Source: Thalia democratica
Lineage: Eukaryota
DNA: 64,000 nt
Direction of reading: 5' to 3'
NCBI GenBank assembly: GCA_965202585.1
Contig: OZ241834.1
Location: forward strand, 31,868,001-31,932,000
Shown piece by piece: positions 40,101-50,100 of this stretch (within the stretch, counting starts at the first letter, position 1; each line of letters begins with the position of its first letter). The notes beneath the pieces were generated by a model. The model was not told where the DNA came from. It ran no database searches and saw only the letters and a list, made by a program, of their open reading frames with translations. The translations under genes and the position numbers were made by a program.

Positions 40101-40384
40101 AAATGTCTTTTTAACATTTTTAAACTAAAGCAGTAATTTCTACTAACTATTTTTAAATATTATACAGAGACTGAAAACCTAACTACAATCAAATTAAATA
40201 AAATTACCAAAAAAATTTAACTTGAAATATATTTTTGCTCGGCGGGCCACATTTACATACTCGCGGGCCACAAAATTTTCTTTCGCGGGCCGCATTCCAT
40301 TTAAAAAAATAACGAGGTCGCGGGCCGCAGATTTACCCTTCGCGGGCCGCAATTGGCCCGCGGGCCGCAGTTTGCCGACCCCTG
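37150..40384 (+). mobile_element. 3.2-kb hAT (Buster/Charlie-type) transposon between MRPS35 and INF2, defective, with nested CAGGGTTGCC-family pieces (~37730, ~38820-39042, ~39177)
   Basis: TIR CAGGGGTCGGCA / TGCCGACCCCTG; perfect 8-bp TSD gtatatag; many cgcgggcc subterminal motifs. Confidence 0.93.
38340..38778 (+). pseudogene. Decayed Buster/SPIN/GTF2IRD2-type transposase fragment
   Basis: SFKVAKFIT*NEIPF...KEFMLAV and IAHLRIFIRDV...EFLGLVSKQSTKTGEI resemble SYxVAxxIAKxxKPF and AQLLIFIRGV...EELLxLxS...TTGEDI. Confidence 0.65.
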
Positions 40385-40577
40385 GTATATAGTCTAGGCA
40401 TAATATAAAACATGAAAAAACTTGATGTTTTGAAGTTAAGGATTGTTGAATGTTGAACTAAAGTTGAAAAAAACATACTATTAGTAGAATATGTAACCAC
40501 AAACATTTAATATCTTTGTTCGAACTAAGTTTAAAAAATACTGCAAGAGTTAGAAATAACTAAAATTAAACAATTTT

Positions 40578-41176
40578 TTAAGAAGTAGACTCGCCTGTAT
40601 TCGTTTTACCGATCTGTTTAGTGTTTTTGTTAGCATTCTGGTTCTTTCCCCTGATCCTGCTGGCTATGTTTAGAAGAGAGTACCTCAGTGGGGTCTTCCT
40701 GCGAAACGCCGGGTTCTGGGTCGCGTTTTGGGGGGTTTTCGGGTTCTGCTTGGCGTCTTGGGGCCTAGTGATCTGGACCGTCCTCTTGGGCTGGGCCAGT
40801 CGGTACAATCGGGACGAGATGGTGGATTTGGAGGAGGCTGAGGAGGAGGGTCGGGAGGTGTTTTGGGAGGAAAAATTTTGAGTTGAAGGTTTTTGGACGG
40901 AACTTTTTGGAACGGCCGTTTTTTGGGTGGAACTTTTTGGAACGGTCGTTTTTTGGGTGGAACTTTTCGGGCCAGCGGTTTGAGGTTTTGTTTTGATCGG
41001 TCTCGTCCTGGACTGACTCGTAGCGGGCCGGCTTGAACTTTTCTGGGGAGTCGGGATTGGCGTGGTTCGCGGGCTGGTTGCCGGGTTTGAGGCTTTCAGG
41101 TTTGAGGTTTTACGGGGTGGTTTGAAGGGTTTTGAGGTTGAAACTGGGTTGGGTGATCGCAGCCTACTTCGTGGTT
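40578..41176 (-). CDS. INF2: INF2 terminal exon: ~200-aa basic Ser/Pro/Lys/Thr-rich non-CAAX tail
   Basis: catctag|AA CCA CGA...; phase 1 matches the preceding donor; open for 199 codons; includes the ORF-track entry 40578..40808 and a 30-nt internal repeat ([10 protein letters not shown], ~40890-40980). Confidence 0.85.
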
Positions 41177-44100
41177 CTAGATGTTATAAAAAATAGGTTA
41201 TTTAAACCTTCTTTTTTTAGTTAGAGCTAATTTTTTAGTTAATGATAAAAATATAATTTTTTCAATCTTTGAAAGGTGTTAAGCTTTTTTACGGTTTGAT
41301 AGTAAAAAGAACAAAAATCACTTTGGTACTTAATAAAAGTAAAGTTTAAAATTGTAGGTTTTGAAAAATATTATTTAGATAACACTTTATATTAACGTAA
41401 AGTTTCAACACACAACTAAATAAACTTTTTTACTATACATGCAGCAGTAGTGTTATTAAAAAAAAAGGATTAAGCGCATGCAAAACATAAAAAGTAAAAT
41501 ATAACTTGTAGAAACATTTTTTAGTTCTTAAATTAAAGACTGTATCAACGATAAGTGATTGTTATACAATTAAGTTTATGAAATAAAACTACATCCTAAA
41601 AAACAAATTAGATTTAGTATATTTAAAAGTAATTAAAAAATAAAAAATAAAACTAAAGTTCTATTTAATGTAGTTATTTGGAAACAAAACAATGTAATAT
41701 ATACAACAATCGCATGCAAACTTTAATTATATAATTAATTATTAATATAATACTTTTAAAATTTAGTTTGTCTGCCAACTAGTCAGAACATTTTACTGTC
41801 TACTAAACTTGGAATAAACTACGTCCAACTTTCGTTGACACCCTTTTATCAGGTTCTTATAACTTTTACCATTAATAATTACCACTGGAAATAAGTTCGT
41901 TATATTTTTCAATAACTTCTGAAGTACACAAAAGTTAGTTTTTGAATTAAATAAGTGAAATATTTTCAAAAGTGAAACTTAAGTCTACACCGAAAATTAA
42001 TGACAAAATACCTTACTTTTTTGGGGAATTATTACCTAAGACGTCTTAAAATCTATTGAATAAGGCATCCTGAAATAAAATGAGCTATTTTTATATTAAG
42101 AAACAATACTAGAAATACAAAAGATAAAATAATGCAGGCTGTTCCTAAAACTATTTTCAGCCCAGTTACTAAACTAATGAAGCTTTAAAGTAAAATAGAA
42201 ATAAATAAAAAAGAATTAAAAAATCGTTTATATATAAAAATTGATCTTACAAAAAAATAGTTGAGATTTAATTGAATAACAGTAAAAATTTCAAAAGGAG
42301 AAGCATATGGTGATTTCATAGGTCAAAAGATATTATCCTTCAAGTTTATTTTTTATTTAACATAAAATATAATAAAGAAGTTTTATCAATCTTATGCAAT
42401 ACACATTTAGTTTTTGTTGAAGTGTTTTAACTATACAAAAACTTCTCAACTAAATCTATCCTATAATAGCTTTTTTTTCCCTATTTAATTGCCTAAATGT
42501 AGTTAAATATAGTTTAGTTTCAAACAACAAACAAGTTAATGTGCTTTCTCATTCTATAAAGCTCTAGTGTTTGTATTTTTACTCTTACAGGTATTTCTTA
42601 TTGAATGGTACAGTTGGAATTCTTGTTTTTTATCTTTTTTGATTTTCTTCCTTTTGCATTGCGTTTGAAAAGTTCTTTAAAAATGGTTTACTATAGATTT
42701 TGTCTATTTAATTATAAAGCTTAAAATGAAATTTAATAACGTTATACGGTTTTTAAAAATGTATATTTTTAATGTACTTAAGAAATTTAAACAAAAACTT
42801 GTGCAGCTATAAAATCAAAAAAGATGTCTATAAAAAAAACTACGAAAACTACTAATATAATGTTATAGCCAACGCGATTTTTTAATGTACTATGTAAAAT
42901 AATGCTTGCGTGTTATAAAGTAGTTATTCCTCACACTTTTTTTTTTCTATAAACATAGAGTAAGTAAATTAACGCAAGTTAGTATTATGCTTACATTAAA
43001 GTACTCATTTAACAAATGTAAAAGTTGTATATCTTGAAACTTACTTTTTATACTTAATTCTCTGAAATAGAACATACTACAGGTTTAAGTCTTATTTCTT
43101 AATCACAGTTCATTAAGTACTAATTAAGTGTTACAAAGCGAATATTTTAATGCTTGAAGCAGTTCGGTTTTATTTTCTCAATAAAATTATAGCATTACTT
43201 TGTTACTAAAAATTTTATTCAGCTGGCCACAAGTGTTAACAATTTCTTATGACTTTTATAAAATAACTTCTAATACATGTACTTATAGTAGTTTAAAAAC
43301 AGTTTTGATTGTAATCACCAAGCCTTTAAACTACCACCATACTTAAAGTTTTAAATTACAAGCTTACTACTAAATATTGTTTATTTAATTTAGTTCTTTA
43401 CATAAAGATACACTTTACAGAAATTTCAAGTAGCTTTTATTATAATATCGCATTAAGGGTATAAAAAGCTTATGTAAACTGAAATTACGATAAGCCTATA
43501 AATGCTTTCAGAAAATTATTAATTGAAAAAAATATCCAACGACTAGTCATAAATATTTAAATTAGAAGTAAGAAAAAATTGTAGATTTAACTGCTTTGTA
43601 ATTTAATGTTAAAAGTTACGTAACGATTCAATTTTCATATTACTACGAACATGTGTATTGTTAGTTTTATGGAATGATTACAAGTTTTACCACCTAAAAC
43701 TATTCATTAACACCTAACAGGAATCGATTTTTTTTTGCGTAAATAACACTTAATCAAAACACTTTGCATATACTCGAATAAGAATGTACGAACACTTTGT
43801 TCAAGCGTTAGATTTTTTTAAGATTTTTTGAGGTTAAAAATTAAGTTAGATCCTACATAAGAACAGTCAGCAGAAAATAGCATGCTGATCACAAAAAGTT
43901 GATTGTGACGTACTGTTGATTTACTTTTATGACGTATAATCGATCGCGTCGAAAAATTCTAAGTCTTCGTCTTCGCTTGAGCTCGATCCGTTCCAAGTTG
44001 GTTCTTTTTTGTCGTTATATTTATATGTTTGTGGAAATTTATCAAATTTATCAAAATTAAAAAAAAACCATATATAGTTCTATGAAAATACAAAAGTTAT

Positions 44101-47100
44101 GTATAGCTTTGTATTTTGTTTATAGCTAAAAATAAGACTAATAGTTTGAGTCACTTGAATTTGATTAATAATGAAAATTTTAGGATAATTTAATGGATTT
44201 AATTAAAAATCATTAGAAAAATTCAATTAAAGTTTTATCGATTTTTTTTCAACTAAAAACGTGGAATATGATTGCAAATTTTCGTTTTGATGTAACTTGA
44301 TGCTTAATTTTTTATTTACAGTGTTTTTGAAATCATTTGAGAAATTGAATTGATATTCAATTAATTTCGATAAAAACTAAAAAAACGATTGCATTTTTTT
44401 CATCAAGTAAAATCATATGTACTTTTATTTCAAATGTAACTTACTGCTGGTCTCCTGACTCGTTGCAGCGGTAGACGCAGGTTTTTTCGGATCCACTGAA
44501 GATGAAGCCAATTGATTTGCTTTCTTCTGCGTCAGTCCCGTTGAGTGTCTTTCCTTCGCATTCCTCTGAAAGTTAACTTTCTGCGGCCTGCCCACCGTGG
44601 ACTTCGACCTGGGATTGTTCCTGGAGAAATTGGTGTCGGGCTGTTTCAACTTGGACTCGTTGCTTTTGCTCGCCACTTTTTTCGCTTCTGTTTTCGGTTG
44701 CGCAGACTCGTTTTTAACGTTTACTTTGGGCTTTTGCGTAACTTCACTTGGTTTTTCAATATTTTTACTTTCTGAAACTTGAGCTGCTTTTGGCGTGTCA
44801 GGTCTATTTTCTTCCACTTCACCTGAATTTCCTTTAGTTGAACTTTCACCAGACTGCTCTAAACTTTCTTTGGGGTCTCTTGTTTCTTTAACATCGGAAG
44901 TTTTTTCTTCTGCTGTTTGGTCCGGTAGCACTTTTTCACTACATTTTTCTTCACTGTCTGAAGAAGCCTCTTTCGTTGGTGGAATTTTTACAGTTGAACT
45001 TAGAATTTCAGTTTCTCTTACCTTATCTTTGTTTTGAGGCGTATTAGTTTCAACTGCAGTGTTTTCAATAGCAGGCTTGCTACTTACATTATTTTCGTCT
45101 TTAAACGTGGTTTCAACCAAGCTTTCTTCAGTGTCTTTAGTTTGAGACTTGGTAGTAAAACTATTTTCAGTTTCTTTATTTCCAGCATCATCTTGCTCAT
45201 TTTCGCTCTCACTTGAGCTTGAACTCGACGAACTGCTTCGGCTTTTGTTGCTGAGCTTCTTCTGAAGTTCGTCTAAAACCTTGTTTTGGTTTGCTTGGTG
45301 GGCTTTAACGTTTGATAAAATTGATTCTGAATTCGTTTTAGTCTTAAGGTCCTCATTGCTACTTGATTTGTCGTTGCTGTCTGCTTTAGTATTTTCTACA
45401 ACCTGATCACCTTCTTTGTTTAACTTATCCCCAACAGGTTTACCAGAAGCTGGTTTAATATCATCTAAATCTTTGTTGACGTATTGAATTGCTATACCTT
45501 TAATGTTATTATTATTTTTGTTTGAATTGTTTCCTGATTTTTCATTAGTTTTTGGTTCTATAGACTCTGTTTTCTCTAATTTTTCATCAGTTGCTTCTAC
45601 TTTAGTTTCTTTAACTTCGTTTCGATCGTTATCTACTGATTTTTCGTTCTCTTTCTTATCACTTTTATCAGTTACAACATGATCGACCTTGTGTGTATCT
45701 TTGTTGTCAGCACTTGGTTCATCTTTTACTTCTAACGCGTTCGTTTTATCTTCATCTTCAGCAATCTTCACCAACTTGTTTGGGTCGTCATTATCGTTGA
45801 CTTCTTTCTCTTGTCGCCTAAAGGATCTGTTAGATGAAAAATATTCATAAACGAATTACAACAAAGGTTTAATTTTTTTTGGATTATAAAAGCAAATAAA
45901 CAGCAAATAAAGTCAACGTTACTCATACAGGCTTACATTCAGTTTTACAGAGATTATTCTAAATATTCATCTAACATTTTTGTGTAGCATGAAATGTTTT
46001 TTACGTAGTTTACAAGTTAAAAGGCTTAAAATTTTGTGTAAAATACTTTTTTATTAAAATACTAGTCAGAGTTAAAATCATGTAAAAGTCGATCTATAAT
46101 AAATTTTTTTTAGTAGAAAAACAAACTTGATAAGTCTTGGATAAACAATACCTCTTATAACAAACATTTGTAACTAAATAATTAAACAATTTTTTTGTCA
46201 AGTTTTACAAAGACAAACTTTTTAACAGATCCCAGTCTGCTGTTTTTTCTCCCAACCGGACCTGCGGTCTTCTTAAGCGTGAATCCTCTTTTAATATCAC
46301 CCAGCAATTGGTCGATGATGCAAACCTGTATGGATAACATATATACTTAAAAGATTTTGTGTTTTACACAATAAAAAAGTCAAAATACTTGTTTCTTGTG
46401 ATTAAATCGTTATTTTTTAAACAAATAAACAACAAACACAAATATGTCTAAACTTTATAAATTTAAAGTCTTTAATTTGCGTAATACAAAGCTGCTATAC
46501 AACAAAAGTAAAAAAAATACTAAGCGAGTTGTAATTGAAATAATAAAAAAACAAAGATTTTTTTTTTCGCTCACATCAGACGGCGGCGGGGCTCTTGATT
46601 TCTTCTTGAACCCTCCCGGGTTGTTCTTCTCCTTTTCACGCATGGCCGCCTCTCGCTTCCTCTTCTTCTCTTCTTGAACTTCCCGCTCTTTGTTTTCTTT
46701 CAGCGCTTTTTCAATCTGTAATTTTTTTTATTTCTTTTTAAAATTTTGTACGGAAAACATTTTACTAACACAACACGTTTTCGTTAATTTACTCATACAA
46801 ACAACTGCAGTAAATATTTTTTTTTACCTAAATAAAGGTATTGTCTGAATATGCTAAAAAAAAACAAGCAACACTAAACTGTTTAAAGCTTTTGTTTTTA
46901 TTATAGCAGTAGACTTTACAGTATCATTAATGTTTGATAGAAGGTAAAATCAAGTTTACAGAATGCTGCACTTTAAAGCCAATATAAATAAAAAAGAGAC
47001 ATTCAGTCGTTACTTTATTTAAAACTACTTAATTACCTAATAACTTAGTCAAAACTATATATAGTGAATATCCTTTATGACTTGTCAGTGTATTTGATCA

Positions 47101-50100
47101 TCGTGCAAACTTTAAACAATTTTAAAGTAATAAACTCTTTAAAAACTATTTTATTTGTCCACTCATGTTTCACACACTTGATTGCAGAAGTTGGAGATTG
47201 TAGAGAAGCAGTCCTCCAGCTTGAACTTGTTCACATCCTCCACAATGTACTTGGCGATGATCTTCCTCAGCCTCTCCACCTCTGCGAAGTCCTCCTCGAT
47301 CCGATGGAACCTGGCGGTGGCCTGGGCAAGGAACGCGCTGAACTGCTCCTTGATGTCGTCGCTCCCCTTGTTCACCTGTTTTTCATTTATTTATAAAGTT
47401 TAAAATTTTTGTTCACCTGTTAGGTTTTGAGTCGTTGTTGAGGTTTCTTGTGACATTTTTGTGGTTAAGTTTTATAAAAACTTGATAACATTCTTATAAA
47501 ACGAAATTAACTGCTAAGAAGGTTTTAGTTTTTCCTAAAATTTATAACAAACAGTTTTCAAGACAAAAACAAGAATTTTAAACAGTTCATTTCGATAATC
47601 CACTATAAAGGCGTTACAGTAAATACAAAATTTTTTTACCAGTACTTTCTAAACTACTACAAAAATCACCATTCTTTCGAGCTTCTTGATATTGGCTGAC
47701 AATTTCGTGAAGTCGTTCTTCAGCTGCTCAACCGACACCGTCCTGCACCGAACCACGTCCTTCAGGTCCTCCGGGATCTCCAGCAGCTGCTTGTGGTTCC
47801 TGCTCGCCTCCTCCATCACAACGTGGAGGAGGGTCATCCGAGGCTTGTTCGACTTCGTCTCGGCCAGCTGGTTTTAGGTTAATGATTAATTTTTAATCAA
47901 CACTGAAATTTGTATACTTGTACTAATGTTAAACTAAATACTATATTAAATAATTTGCATAAAGAAATGTTTATTCAAGTTGACTAACGTTTCAATTTGA
48001 CTACAATAACAAAATTAAATTAATTGAGTAGTTAAACAGCTATTTTCACCAAATTGTTATTTATTAGTTTAAGCACGGTATGAAGCTTTAACAAATTTTG
48101 GTAAAAACGAAGATGGTACAAAATCTTAAATCTATGACTAAAATAACGCATACTGTTAGTAAATATAATTTTTTAAAACTAAAGTGTGTATTTTTAGTTA
48201 ATGTTGAGTTTGAAACTTTATCAAACCTTAAGAAGAGACGTGAACTTGAATGCGAATGCTCCTCCCGAATGAGCTCCGTGATTCATGAAGTTGCCTGTCT
48301 TCAAGATCAGCAGGAACAAGTTTTCCAGCTTCTTGCAGTTCTTGATTGCTGGGAAACACAATGTATAGGGTTTTTTTTTTGAAGAAAAATATTTAACACG
48401 ACTAGACTCGCAATGTTATTTGAATATTAAAGACAACATTTTTTTCCTTTAAAGCTAAATTTGTAAAAAGTTAAGTAGTTATCAAAAAATTGATAAGTTA
48501 AAACAAATAAAAAGTTAATAAAAATAAAGTTAAAAACGTTGAGTTATAACTATTTTAATTGCGTTTTATAATTTTAAATTACCATTTGTCAAGACTTAAC
48601 TCGGTTGTAAAAACAAAAATTTTTTACAAACGTAAAAAAACGTAATCAAAAAGTTAATAAAAATAAAGTTAAAAACGTTGAGTTATAACTATTTTAATTG
48701 CGTTTTATAATTTTAAATTACCATTTGTCAAGACTTAACTCGGTTGTAAAAACAAAAAATTTTTAAAAACGTAAAAAAGCATAATCAAAATGAAAAACTC
48801 ACCGTTACAAGCAGAGATGCTCCTGCTCAGAGGCGGCTCGATGGACTCGATCTCCTCCTCAAACAGCTCCCTGGCGATGCACGCCTCAATCCTCAGGTTG
48901 TAGTCCTGCAGGTGGGACAGGTGCAGGAAGTACTTGTCGCAGTTGGCCAGCAACGCGGGGTCCCCCTTGTACGCCTTGATGTTTTCCAGCTCCAGTTTTT
49001 CCGGCTTGAACTTCACCATCCCTTTCAGCTTTTCTTCGGCTATATTAGGTTGACTTATGCTTTATACAGTGACAAGTAAGTACAAGTTACTAAAGTTACA
49101 CAAGTTTAAAGAAAGCAGCACCTAACTCGCTTTGGCTAAAGTAAGAAAAAATATGTTTTATATTCATGCTATAAATTACTAAAGAACATTCAACCCACTT
49201 AAAACGTCCCTATCTCCGTTCTTCAAAGCTTCAATGATCTTCTCATTCGGAAGGCGAAACTGCTTCAGAAATATGTTGATGTTCAAGCTTCTGCGGGAGT
49301 CGACAAAAGACACCTTTGATAGAATATTTTAAGTTATTAGTACTGCACTTGTTAACTGAGCTGTTAAAGCATTTCAGCTATCATAATCGACTTGATAACT
49401 TATAAGCATTTCAAAAAGTAGTATCTTATAGTTGAATTTACTGTACTTCTTTTTAACAAGTTAAAAAAAAAACTTCTGTTGGAGCAGCCTTTTTAGTTTC
49501 CTTCTTTTCTTTCTTCTGAATGATTTTTTGAGCAAACAGTTCTTCAATTTTTTCATAATTTGGGTGCAAGTCATTGCTGCTTTTTTCCATAGATTCCCAA
49601 ATACTATCGGTGCTGTACAAATAAATATAATCTAACACTTGATCTTAGTAACAAAAACTCTAATGAAAAATTGTTTTACATTAAAAGACTAAAAATTTCT
49701 TACAAAAATAACTGTAAGTATAGAAAAGAGTTATTAAATATTTAACAGGAAAGTTAGCTTGAAAATTGTTAAATATTCTAAATATTTTTTTTTGCATTAG
49801 GATTTATTAGAAGTTAGGCTCATCATAAATTAACCTACCTGACAGTATCACTTATCAACTTCTTAATAAGAAAGCTTATCTTTATCATAAAAAGACCTAC
49901 CTGACAGTGACTGATTTTTCAGGAATTTTCTGCCAGTTGAGCTTGCGTAGCTTCTTGGTCGGTTTCGGCACCGACACCGCCCTCCTCACAGGTGGCGGGG
50001 GTGCTGCCTGTCGGGCGTACGCTCTTGGCACTCCTGGTGGTAACGGTATGCCTGGAGCAGCTGGTATGCCAGGCGGTGCTGGAATTCCTGGTATTCCTGG

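Noticed and set aside
40621-40881. Hydrophobic 86-aa plus-strand ORF resembling a membrane protein
   Set aside because: Antisense to the INF2 terminal exon, with a TTG/GTG-type start and no independent support.
41575-41600. Acceptor tttgttttttag| giving RCSFIS*, a possible third CAAX exon
   Set aside because: The Cys is at -5, so it is not a CaaX; likely chance.
42581-42600. Plus-strand ttactcttacag|gtattt acceptor/donor
   Set aside because: It is the reverse complement of the CTIQ-exon donor, and no plus-strand gene fits.
44545-45216. Several plus-strand ORFs over the large INF2 exon
   Set aside because: Antisense shadows of the 44445-45826 exon.
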